A stretch of DNA of 64,000 nt from Cyanophora paradoxa CCMP329. Taxonomy: Eukaryota; Plantae; Glaucophyta. Of this stretch, positions 53,469-64,000 are shown piece after piece. The stretch's first letter is position 1. The number at the start of each line of letters is the position of its first letter. The position numbers and the translations under genes were made by a program. The notes beneath the pieces were generated by a model, which was given only the letters and a program-made list of their open reading frames with translations, did no database searches and was not told the DNA's origin. The stretch is taken from NCBI GenBank assembly GCA_004431415.1, contig QPMI01000428.1, forward strand, positions 1 through 64,000. The letters run 5' to 3'.

Positions 53469-56400
53469 ATGCGCAGATCTAGAAGCTTGAGGCGGCCGCG
53501 GCGCCTCCTGCTTAGGGGGCCTTGGTCGGCGGCCGGCGCCAGCAGGAGGTCGCGCGTCCTCTTTAGCGTGCACCTGGCCGCATGGGCCGTGGTTCTCTGC
53601 AGCTGCCTGTTGCTCCCCTCGGTCGCCGCGCAGGCAGAAGGTGAGCAACGTGTAACTCCGGCCCACGGGTCCCATATGCCATGATGCATGCGTATATATT
53701 TATGGCCATAGGCCGCCCGCATGCGCTCCCCCCGCATGCGTTCCCCCTATAGCTAGGCCTCGTGCTCTCTAGATCTGCGCATTCTGGTTCTGACGTCCGA
53801 CGGTCCTTCCCGCTCGAAAGCACGTGGGGATTGCATGGCGCTTTCGCCGACCTCGTTCAACTGCACCGTGGACGCGGGCGCGCAGACCATCATCTATCCA
53901 CCGACGGCCCTGGTCACCGACCCTGCCAGCTGGTGCGAGCTCGAGCGCGACGCGTACGGGGATCCGAAGCGCGCCTGCCGGGCTCAGGCTCAGCGGCTGG
54001 CTGCATGAGCACTGCAGCTGGTACTGGGAGGCCGCCTACAGCTAATCATAATTCCCGTCGCAGGGTGATCGCGCCGTCCGTCTTTCCTTGCGCCGTTCGC
54101 TTCAACTCCTTGTCGCTGGCCCCCTCACACGTTCTCTCGGTGCGAACGCGTATATACGGCGCCTTCGTTGCAATTGGCCATGGTCGTAGGCCTTGCTGAT
54201 GCCGAGTCAAGGTTTTCGATGTCACTGCGAACGGGACAGAAGTACGGCTGAGCACTGTACAAGCGGGGGGGCGCCTGCCCCTGTTGATCGTGGCGGGCCG
54301 CGGCCAAGACGTGGCGTCCTTGCGAGTTCGGCTGCTCAACGCGACCGGGGATGGTGTAACCTCTTACAACGTGAGCTTCTCGTGGACTTGCGGGGCCAAC
54401 TCCGGTGCCGAATTCGAACGCGGCTGTCATGGTCACCCTTGCCGCGCTTCTTATGCCCGCTTAAGGATTCTGTGTGGGGCCTTGCCCCCTTGCGGCCGAC
54501 AACGGGACGCTGGCGCTCCGCGGCGAGCACCTGCCTGCTCTCTCGACTGTCGACTGGCGTGGCCGGCGCGGCCCTCCACGCTCCTCCTAGTCCTAACGCC
54601 TGCGCAGGGCACTGTGGCCTTCGGCGCCGGGAATTTTCGTACGGTTTGATTACGCGGACCTGACCTTTGCGGATGTGCTTATTGTCCGTATCTCCCCACT
54701 CCCTCCGCGGCCTCCTAGCTCGATCGCGAGCAACCCTCACGCCTTCCCGCAGCTTACGTTTGCCGGGGCGGATGCGAACGGCGCTCCGCTGCCCCCTCGC
54801 TACATCCGGGGGCCCCTATCTGCGGAGGCCCTCGCCCCCTGCGTCCTATACGAGCCCCTGGCGAAGGGCCTGAACCTCACCCTCACAACTCTCGCCTTTC
54901 AGCCGGAGGGCTTTTCCCTCCGCTACTACGGCGGGCCGGAAGCAAAGGCGCAGGGGGCGGCCGCAGCCGCCGCCCGGTCCCGCTCCTGCCCCAACTCGCC
55001 GCTGACGGGGTCGCCCGCGCTGCCGCCGCGCATGCCTGGCCACGCCCCTCCAGAGCCCGCCTGCCTCAACCTGTGGAACAACTTCAACGCTGACGCCACC
55101 AGCCCCAACGGTAGTTGCAATTCGCATTCGGGGCGTGATGCATATGCCGCGTCTGATCAGCTCACCTCGAAACCTCGGTCGCGACAGTTTCGTATGTTCG
55201 CGGGTTGCCCAACACTCCGATCGTGAACATCATCAACTGCACGGCGCCCGTCGGCGCCCGCAGCGGCTCGTGCATCTTCTACAGCCGCGATTCCGGAGAC
55301 GACAAGGCCGCTGTGCGCGCGCCCGCCCCACCGGCCTCCAATCCCCCGCTCGCGTCTCACACGCAGCTCGTCGCAGTTGATCGTTATCGCTGCGCCGGCA
55401 GGGCCAATCAAAATCACAGTCAACGTCTACAACGAGAATACGATCTTGTATGTCTGGCCCGACGTGCGTCGTATTTATTCATTGTAGCGATAGCGGCTTT
55501 CTGCTTGTGTCGCGATCGACTCCTGAGCCCTGCACCACCGCCGACTCCGCTGATTTCGATGCCGTGATGGTGGGGCAGCTCTATTTCTACGCCGGCTGTA
55601 CGAGGTCAACCTTCTTCTTCAAGGACGGCGACTTTGTAAGGCCTGGTGCCCGCCTACGCTATAGTGTGACGACGCCGGCCCTCAAGGGCAACGGCAATGT
55701 TGCCGTTATCTACTGGTACGCGCCCCGCATGTGCACGTGAAGCTTCTGATTACACGAACTTCCAGGGGTAATTATCCGGATACGGCCATGCCAAGTGCCG
55801 CGGAGAACCGTTTGAACCGAAAGGATCGGTACGAGTTCTCGTGGCGCGTGTTGGAGGAAGGTTACGGCCAGCCGGACCCATCCGGTGCCACAGCTCCCGC
55901 AGCGCTTGCGCCCACTCGACGCCGCTCTTACCTCCAGGGGCGACAGACCGAGGACCGGTCTACCTGTCGGGCCTGTCGGGAGCGTTCGGCACCTGCGCGT
56001 ATAACAGCACTACCAGGACCTGCACCGGGACCTACGCCGTGAGCAAGAACTACCTCTGGGTGCTTGCCGTGCCCGAAGGATATACCATCACTTTGGGTGC
56101 GCTTCGCATGATGTGCACGATCTGACGCGAGTATACGAATTATAATATGAATTGAAATTAAATCATATATAGCTTCCCTCACGCGTCATTGCTTCCATCT
56201 TGTTCCGCTCTCCTCCCTGCTTCCTTCTTTCCGCGACCAATCAAACGGCCCAGAGTTCCTCTTCTTCGAGACGGAGCGGGATTGGGACTTTGTGAGCGTG
56301 TACGACGCGGCGGATCTGGACCCCTCGGCCATCGTGCGTGGCGTCGTTGTCGCAGCGATTGTTTTATGCTATCCACCTGACTGCGGAGCACAGCTGTTGG

Positions 56401-56985
56401 CAAAAGCCTCGGGGTCTTTGGCGGCGGGGTCGCGGATGGTTTACAGCACAGGCCGGTTCATGGCGGTGCAGTTGGAATCGGATTCCTCGGCCGTCTTTAA
56501 GGGCATCTACTGCCGGTACACCGCCACTGCCATTGGAGGCGTCGAGTCCAAGCCGCCCACCGACCCGGGCTGCAATCCCGTCCTGCGCTCGCGCGCGGGG
56601 CCCCTCACGGTCTGCTCGTTCGGCAACGACGGCGTGACGGTGAGCCGTGGCATGCGGTGCTTGTAGCATACGCGATCGACTCATCGCACGTGGCGGCAAC
56701 CTGCTGCTGCGCCGTGCCCCCCGCAGGATATAATTTATCCCAGGAACAAGTATATGACGTGGACCATCGCCCCTGCCTGCGGCGGACCGATTGGCATCTC
56801 GTTCGAGAGCTTTGGTGTGCCGCTTTGATTCGCGGCTCGCTTGAGGGAGGGAGTTCGAAGGGCTGAGCGCGCGGCCGCCCGCAGCCATACAGCCATTCAG
56901 CGGGGACCGCCTGCAATTCCTCCATGGAGAGACGGGCCAGATCCTCTTCTCGGAGCCGTCGCCCTTCCCCTCGGAGGCCACGTCA
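53469..56985 (+). CDS. Host multi-exon secreted protein with CUB domain; 3' end cut by D2
   Basis: Signal-like AWAVVLCSCLLLPSVAA. CUB-like NYLWVLAVPEGYTITL...DFVSVYD...SGS...VYSTGRFMAVQLESDSSAVFKGI.C.Y. Confidence 0.6.
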
Positions 56986-57413
56986 AAAAAATGAGAGAGG
57001 ACCTGATTCTGTGGCCCACCCCTCTTCACCACCCTCACCTCTCCGAACCCACCCCAACCCACCCAATCCAGCGTCTTCCCAGCCATCACTCTCGCCAACC
57101 CTTCCGCTACGTCTACCGCCCTTCTCTCCCTCTGGTCTACCTCCCCTTCCATCCAGCAACCACTAGGTAGTATCTAACGTCTACTCCAATCGATCTTGCA
57201 AAAGATATAGCAGTGATTTGAGACGGGCCCCCAACGCGACGGTCTGCAGAGATAGCTTAATCAGCAGCTAGGCGTTAATACTGTGTTCTTCCTATCTAAA
57301 TAGCGGAGAGGTTTCCAGGTTCTAGCTAGACGATAAAACTATATAATCGAAGCTGATTGCATATGCGAGTTTAGGTTCTAGTTAGTCAATAATACTGTGT
57401 GGATGATAGCGCC
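56986..57413 (+). repeat. TIR of D2
   Basis: Reverse complement of 36892-37319. Confidence 0.85.
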
Positions 57414-57487
57414 AGTAGCAATGTTGAAGATTTGGACAGGAAGTCCTAAAAAACGAAAAGATCGAGAGATGTTGAAGATTTGGACAG

Positions 57488-57820
57488 AAAGTATAGTAAT
57501 GTAGACGAGCTTCTATGCGCTGGCATAAAAGTATAGTAATGTAGACGAGCTTCTATGCGCTGGCATAAAAGTATAGTAATGTAGACGAGCTTCTATGCGC
57601 TGGCATAAAAGTATAGTAATGTAGACGAGCTTCTATGCGCTGGCATAAAAGTGATAGTGCGCTGATAGTGCGCTGATAGTGCGCTGATAGTGCGCTGATA
57701 GCTAGCCGGAGACAAGCCGGAGACAAGCCCGAGACAAGCCCTGTGCCAAGCCGGATCCCGGAGACCAAGCCCGAGCCAAGCCGTCAAGCCAATCGTTACA
57801 GGCATCGTTACAGGCATTCA
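57488..57820. repeat. Subterminal tandem-repeat block (40-bp x4, 11-bp x4)
   Basis: One fewer 40-bp unit than D1. Confidence 0.92.
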
Positions 57821-58472
57821 CTCCAGCGATGCCGGAGCCCTAGCTTAGTGAAGCCGCTCAGCATTGGCTTGTACTCGATCGCCGGCCCGACAGGATCAGC
57901 ACTGCTAGAGGCGATGCGCAGGATCGATGCGTTAGCTACAGGCAGCTCGCTAGCATTCTCATCGACCTCGGGATCGCAACAATCGTCTTAGCAGGAACAG
58001 CAGATGCAGGAGGGGCAACCTTCTTATCGACCTTTGTCTTCGTGATCGGTTCATTTAAAATCTTGTTCTCCATCTTAGTCTCAGCCGCGATGCCAGCTAT
58101 AAGATCACTAGCTCGCTTCTTTGAAACTGTTTTAAGACCGGTCACAGTTTTAATGAAATACCTGCTACGATTAGCCGTCTCTGAGATGTACAGCGGCCCA
58201 TCGTCGGTATCCCTTAGCTTGCTAGTCTTGGTCTTCTTAGTCCGAGAATTCGGGATCTTATCAAGAATAGCGTTCTCATCGGCGGTAAGAGCATAGTCGT
58301 TGGATGCACCCTCACCGCCACCAGCGCGACGGGCTAGCGGGTAAGCATCAGTATCACCACTCAAGAACTCGATGTGATTCTTCTTAGTAGGGCTGGAAGT
58401 GCGCAGCCAAGACTGCATGTCTGTCGACTTCTTTCGCGGAGTGCGCAGCCGAGACTGCTTGTCTGTCGACAT
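57818..58472 (-). CDS. Basic hypothetical protein (D2, homopolymer indels)
   Basis: Copy of 35791-36447. Confidence 0.55.
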
Positions 58473-58475
58473 CTT

Positions 58476-59375
58476 TTAACTAGTAGTGGGAAAAAACTTA
58501 TGCGAACGATCTGTCGAAGGGGACGTACTCGCTGGCTGCATTCTTGATTGCGGATTTAGCAGCAGCAGACGTGTAAGAGACATCCTCGATATCGAACTCT
58601 AGCACGAACGAGAACTCCGTGTTTGTGACAGCGTCTGTTCCATTATGATAGCGCAGCGATATGTCAAGTTCAGACAGCTCAGCGTTTCGATCGAAGCCTG
58701 TGACGGGAACACGATCCTCAGATGTGAACTTGATGAGCTCCCGAATTTTGAGTCGATGTGAATCTTTGCGATCGAGCCCGTTGTATAGGGGTTAAGTGTC
58801 AAGATCGAGCCTTTGATCTGCTGAATGTACAGGAACAAATACGTGTGATAAAGTAGATCAACTGGCATATCGCTGAACAGCTCGTACGAATATTGTACGC
58901 CATCGATTGTCTCAGGTGTGTCAAGCTCACTGGAAAGGTCACTGAGAGTCTTCGCAAACCCGAGCAGGTTCGCTAGTTCGGCCGATGTGAAGCTCAAAAT
59001 AAAGTCCGCTTCACACAGGAACCTAAGCCGCATTGAGATCTCTTCGAACTGAACGACGAACTTGCGCTGATAAGTAGTTCCACCGTAACTATACTGCTGG
59101 GTTTTAAGAAGCGTGCTTAGATAGTTTGCAAGGGAGGTTGGCGTATAGACTCCGGGCTTGAAAGTGTTGGCACGTGTTTTCTCAACGCCAGAGGGATCAA
59201 GGGTGCCGGTGATAATTGCGGCTTGTGTGGACAGGTTGAACATGTTATGAAACAGTTCTAGCGAATCAACTCGCACCGACTTTACATTAACGAGGGGCCT
59301 TGGGAGATTGATCTTGAAATTCGAGGACGTGCCTTCGAACCGGTCCCTAGAATCGACATTTACGCGGAGCTTCAT
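58476..59375 (-). CDS. Minor capsid protein (D2, two compensating G/C-run indels)
   Basis: Copy of 34888-35787. Confidence 0.8.
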
Positions 59376-59419
59376 CTTTACAACAATATGCATGAAAATT
59401 TTCTGGTCTATAATAGCAA

Positions 59420-60648
59420 ATGGCGCAAGCAGGAACAACTCTAAAGGAGCTCCTCACTACCAAAGGTTCAAGCGAGCTTTATCTATCCCCGGGTCTCACT
59501 GTCGGTGTCAGCCCCAAGTTCAAGCCTTTCCTTGAAACGATCCGTCGCGAGGCAACTCGTACGGCTTCGCGCAGACTGCCGCTTTCGACCTTCCGCGCAA
59601 GCAACTTCTAAACGGTGTCTCGCTATACTTTAAGGTCAGCGTCGCTGGCGGAGCGGCCGCCTCAGTGCTGCCGAATGGCGCAGGTGCATTTATTGAAAAC
59701 GTGCGCTTTGTTCATGGATCCTTCAAGATGGTGATCCCAGGAGACTGGCTTACTGTGAACGCGCTCATCGATAATAGCGTTGCATCCGCCCAGGCTTTTG
59801 CTAGCAGCTACGGCTTTGGAAAGGACGCTGCTCTTGAGATTCTCGATGCCAGTCGCGAGTATGTGCTAAAGATCCCCTCCCAGCTCTGGGACAATTCATA
59901 CTTCCCGCTCCTCGCACTGGCTGACATGCCCACCGTCGAGATTGACTTCCGTTCGGCTTCGGTGGTTGGAACTGTCGCTAGTGCTGTTGCAACTCTAACG
60001 GATTGTGCCCTGGTTTGCCAGTTCGTGAATATCCCTAGCGAAGAGGCTGAGTCTATGCTTAAATCTGCAAACGAGAGCGGTGGTATTCGAATTCCTTTCA
60101 CCGAGATTATTTCAAAGCGCTCGAGGCAGTTAAAGACTGACGACGCGGGGAATGCAGTCGAAATCTCCCTTGCCAACGTCAGCGGCCTTGTGCACGCGAT
60201 CCTGATGACAGTGCGTAATGCGAATCACCTGGGCACTCGCAATCACAATTCATTTGCTGGCAACGGAAATGCGCTGAAAATCGATTCGTTTGAGATCATG
60301 CACAACAACCGAACTCTCGACATCAGCAATAAGCCAATCTCTGGGTTTGTATCATCGTGCTATCACATTCCAACTCAATACCGCGGTGCAACCACTGGCA
60401 ATTCAGCTCTTGGCTTCGAGGACGGAAATGTCTATGGGATTGTGCTTTCGAAATCTGGCAAAGACTCACTGCATAACGCTGTCCTCGGCTACACAGACTT
60501 CTTTAATTCCAGCAGCAGCTACTGCTCGCTAACTGTGACCGGCTGCACAAACGCAGCGCCAGCAGTTGTTGACTTCCACGTCCTGCGCCACAATGTTCTC
60601 GTAATTAACTCGTATCAAATGTCAACTCTAAAGGTAAGTAACTTCTAG
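59420..60648 (+). CDS. Major capsid protein (D2, 1-bp indel near 59545)
   Basis: Copy of 33615-34843. Confidence 0.85.
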
Positions 60649-61353
60649 ATGGATATCAAACTGTTTGATCCTACAGAAATAAAACTGCCTAAACGGTTCT
60701 TGTTTGTCGGTCCAACAAACTCGGGCAAGAGCACCTACGTAAAACACGTGCTAAATGCTGTAGCGCCACAGTTAGACGATATTTACGTCTTCAGTACGAC
60801 CGCATTTACTGGGCAATGGAATGATACAACACGACCAAGTAATATCCAGGAAGAATGGGATCCAGTTTTGGTTGAAGCGCTGCTAGAACGACAAAAAGAA
60901 AGAAGACGCAAAAATGATGATCGCAAGATTGCAATTGTTTTAGACGATTTACTTGACAATGACCTAGTAAATGTCCACAGTGACAGACTCATGCAAAAGC
61001 TATTTACTTCTGGCCGTCATTACAACACCACCCTTTTCATAACGACTCAACGTCTTTGTGGCATCAGTCCGACGATTCGGCGGAACTGTGAGTACGTTTG
61101 CTTTTCGTCGATTTTGAGCAATGTTAAAGAGTTCAACACTTGCTTCGACGAATATAATGCCGGAGCGAGTCGAGCAAATCTAATGCGTCTTTTCGTTGAA
61201 TGGGGTCATTCGTTTCAGGTTTTGATATATGAAGGCGTGAGCGCGGACCGCGTTTATGCTGTTGACAAAGCCTCTGGAACGACTTCGGCTCTATTGCGCT
61301 TTGTGCGCGTAAAAAAGCAGCGCGATCGAAAGTCGGTAGCCAGGACTGTTTGA
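60649..61353 (+). CDS. A32-like packaging ATPase (234 aa)
   Basis: Walker A GPTNSGKS, Walker B IVLDD, GRH. The ATG directly follows the MCP stop (TAGATG). Confidence 0.94.
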   Translation: MDIKLFDPTEIKLPKRFLFVGPTNSGKSTYVKHVLNAVAPQLDDIYVFSTTAFTGQWNDTTRPSNIQEEWDPVLVEALLERQKERRRKNDDRKIAIVLDDLLDNDLVNVHSDRLMQKLFTSGRHYNTTLFITTQRLCGISPTIRRNCEYVCFSSILSNVKEFNTCFDEYNAGASRANLMRLFVEWGHSFQVLIYEGVSADRVYAVDKASGTTSALLRFVRVKKQRDRKSVARTV

Positions 61354-61516
61354 GCAACCAACTTGTATATTCTGGACGTGATGTCGCGATCCACAGGTAG
61401 GAGGCTCCTTTAAAAATACCAAAGCTGATGCAGTGACTTGGGGTGAGTTGACTCCTGCCTGGCCAACAGTCTTCTAGATTTAACTCTTCCTCTGCCGTTT
61501 CGAGTTCGAGTTCCAT
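61133..61516 (-). CDS. ExoX-C/DUF3820-like small protein (D2)
   Basis: Copy of the 32748 ORF. It overlaps the ATPase 3' end on the opposite strand. Confidence 0.5.
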   Translation of the reverse strand: MELELETAEEELNLEDCWPGRSQLTPSHCISFGIFKGASYLWIATSRPEYTSWLLKQSWLPTFDRAAFLRAQSAIEPKSFQRLCQQHKRGPRSRLHISKPETNDPIQRKDALDLLDSLRHYIRRSKC

Positions 61517-61547
61517 TAAAAAGATAAAGGGGTGTTATTCCCTTCAT

Positions 61548-62078
61548 TCAAACCTGTGGGAAGTTCAGCCGCAGAAACGGCTTGTCCTCTTCGCTGGTAT
61601 GTTCTATAACGTAAGCATCACGAGCTTGAGCTGCTGCTTCGGCGGTTGCAAAGTAGCCGATGTTCTTTAGACGGCCATTGATCCTGTAATTTGCTTTCCA
61701 TTTACAAAGTCGCTCATAGAAGCTGACGCCAATGAATCCTGATGTGTTTGTGAGCCGACGGTTTTGGTTCAACATCTGCTGACGCTTTGTCGCCAAACGT
61801 AGATTCTCGCGACGATTATCGAGTTTGTTATTATTAATGTGATCTACAGTAAGGTCATTCTCAAGTCTCCCAACAATGAACGTATGCAAATACATATTCT
61901 TTCCATTGATCTTGCTCGAGGTATAACCATTGTTCAAACACCATCGTTTCTCCAGCACTCGATCAGCATCATCCTGTGATACAAAAGCGTAGGCGACGAT
62001 TACTTTGCGCCGATTGCGAATACCGCCTAACGGAATCAAAGCAGCTCCCTCTGGAACATCTGGAACGATGACCTCCAT
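61548..62078 (-). CDS. HNH-AP2 homing endonuclease (intact, 176 aa)
   Basis: YLHTFI...VDHINNNKLDNRRENLR plus an AP2 domain ending LNFP. Confidence 0.93.
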   Translation of the reverse strand: MEVIVPDVPEGAALIPLGGIRNRRKVIVAYAFVSQDDADRVLEKRWCLNNGYTSSKINGKNMYLHTFIVGRLENDLTVDHINNNKLDNRRENLRLATKRQQMLNQNRRLTNTSGFIGVSFYERLCKWKANYRINGRLKNIGYFATAEAAAQARDAYVIEHTSEEDKPFLRLNFPQV

Positions 62079-62209
62079 CTGCGCAGCGAGCTGCTTGTCT
62101 GCGACTTTTTCGTTACATTTACAGTTTGCATTATCTTTAAGACTTAAAAGTCGCGCTAATTTGTCTTAAAAGGATTTATGTCTCTTATTATTGAGAGACA
62201 AACCGAACA

Positions 62210-62553
62210 ATGACTTCTGCAATTACTGCGGATTGCGTTGCGGTTAAACGTGGCCGTGGGCGACCCCTAAGGTTCGTCTTTTAACAATGGAGCCTTATCA
62301 GCCGAAGAAGAAGGGGCCTAAACCGATGGAGGTCACCCCGGAGATTTTAGCAGAGCGACGCAGAAAGAATGCTGAACGCAATCGCAAACTGCGCCACACG
62401 AACGAAACATACCGTTTGAAACAGCTTGCCATCACAGCGAAGTATCGAGCTGAGAATCCTGATAGGATCCGGGAGTACCACAGGAATGCTATTGCGCGTA
62501 GATGCCTCGCGAAGAGCGGAGCTTCTGTAGAGCTCGAGGTGATGCAGCTTTAG
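62210..62553 (+). CDS. AT-hook protein (D2, C-run indel)
   Basis: Copy of 31678-32022. Confidence 0.6.
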
Positions 62554-63438
62554 CACCTGCTCGTAGCTTTGGCTCCCTGCAATCTCAAGCTTCTTGAGCT
62601 CTCGATACTGCCGGCTTTGACCGCTGTATTTTTTTGTTTCGATCAAACCCTCACGTCTCAATCGTCTCTGCTGTCGCATTTGCACTTCTTCTTTTTCGAT
62701 TCGTGTTTGAGGTGCAAGCTCACGCGGTTGACGTATTTCCGATGGTTTAACACGTCTAGAAATTTCCACACCCTGTTTTGTAACGAGTCGAACACGGTTC
62801 TTGTCTGCGCCAGCAACTATGTACGTCTCCTTGCTTGGCTTTGTGGTTCCCTTCGCAAAAACGCTTGGCTTCGGCTCCAGGACTTGCACTTCGGTCCCTG
62901 TGCGCGGTATGTTCGAATTGTCTCGTTCAATATCGTTCTGTCGCTGTCTAACTTGATGCAGCTGCTCGGCTACCTGTGTATTTTCCCGCATCCACTTTGG
63001 TGAGTGCTCCCCGCCGAAAGAGCTGTGGGCTGTTTCATTGTACGCCTTGACAATTGCCGGCAAACGTGAGAGGAAATGCGGGGAGCCACGAGCTTCTGTA
63101 TCAGTCTGAATCAGTGCTCGCAATGTCCTCGCGAACCTGTCGATAATTCCCAGCTTGGAGCCTTTTGAAATGTGATCATCCTTAGCCACATCAGTGTGCA
63201 TTTTCAACGAGTTCTCTTCAGCCATTTCCCGAATTGCTGCTGTGTTGAAGCCGTTGTCTCCTGAAAAGCCCCATATTCCAGGTAGCTGCTCGATCATTTT
63301 TGGAAGCTGCTTAAAAGTCTCGAGCTTACGGACCACAGCGAAACGGGTTGCAATCTCGACCGCTGCGAACAGGCGAAATCTCCCAATGAACAGCACGTCA
63401 ATTTGCCACGCACCGGGTGGCGCAGTAATCTGGTACAT
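62489..63438 (-). CDS. rve integrase (D2; G-run indel near the 3' end)
   Basis: Copy of 30792-31742. Confidence 0.85.
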
Positions 63439-63447
63439 CTTTGTAAA

Positions 63448-64000
63448 TCAGGCGCGATTTTTATAATGTCCAATCGCTCGGGTGTTGATCCCGTCAGTCT
63501 CGAGGAAGCGTTTGGTATCAAGGGGATGTAGAGCCTGACGCGAGGTTCGTTGTAAATAAATCTCATGTAGTTTCGAGCGGAAACCGAGAATTCCTTTGAT
63601 GTCATACGATTGCTTTTCTCCTCTTTAGGGCAGACGCACCGGAAGAATACATCCCTTGTGAGTCTGTTGTAGTACGTCTTTTGAATACCCTTGCATACCT
63701 GCTTGTCCGTGGAATCTTCACGCGAATAATAGTAAGATTTCGGCCGGTTAGCGATCCACTCTGTCATTTGCAGACCATGGAGCTCATCCTTGAATAATCC
63801 CGGAGTTTTCCCCATCGATCGTAGAGCTCGAACCTCATCGGCTGTCATGCCATCGAAGAATCGATGTGTCTCTGGGTAGTCGCTAACATCCAGCTCATGC
63901 TTGATTGAGCGTAAATCAGCATAGATATCTTTGGTGCGAACCTCGATGATGAGACTGTCAGTATCCGTACCTAATAGTGTCAGCCGCTGGCCCAAAGCAG
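63448..64000 (-). CDS. pPolB C-terminus (D2, partial)
   Basis: GTDTDS motif, copy of the 3' end of 26724-30782. Confidence 0.9.

Larger units (their letters stand above)
56986..64000 (-). mobile_element. Element D2: inverted near-identical copy of D1 (continues beyond window)
   Basis: Reverse complement of ~30227-37319 with only small indels noticed. Confidence 0.96.

Noticed and set aside
37320-56985. The two truncated secreted-protein genes as halves of one gene split by a single insertion (circular permutation)
   Set aside because: The junction sequences (...ccacgtca / ctgctc...) share no target-site duplication and cannot be convincingly joined.

Overview
Eukaryotic nuclear DNA from a GC-rich, short-intron host. 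A nuclear Hcf106/TatB-like gene with an N-terminal 'MFVP...RM' presequence points to a glaucophyte- or red-type alga (inference). The window holds a nested stack of endogenous dsDNA viruses and transposons. (A) 1-7293: a CpG-depleted, frameshifted Polinton-like element (SF3 helicase end, GIY-YIG, pPolB, rve integrase) that ends in a 73-bp hairpin and appears to interrupt a penton gene. (B) 7294-~17133: a second virus-like element with that penton, a patatin-discoidin lipase, phage-tail-fibre-like proteins and a C1q fibre plus partner protein. It abuts the 3' end of element C. (C) ~17134-23830: an L1/Tx1 LINE. (D1) 26472-37319 and (D2) 56986-end: two near-identical inverted copies of a compact ~10.9-kb Polinton-like virus with pPolB, integrase, HNH-AP2, NCLDV-like MCP/penton/A32 ATPase and no protease. 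D1 and D2 bracket ~19.7 kb of host genes, including a Hcf106/TatB-adenylate kinase fusion, POLR3F and two truncated secreted-protein genes. The MITE-rich intergenic DNA carries many copies of a stereotyped 8-bp insertion scar (XYZ-C-revcomp(XYZ)-G-XYZ). Most single-base frameshifts lie in G/C homopolymers and may be long-read errors. All family assignments come from motif recognition by eye; no database search was run.
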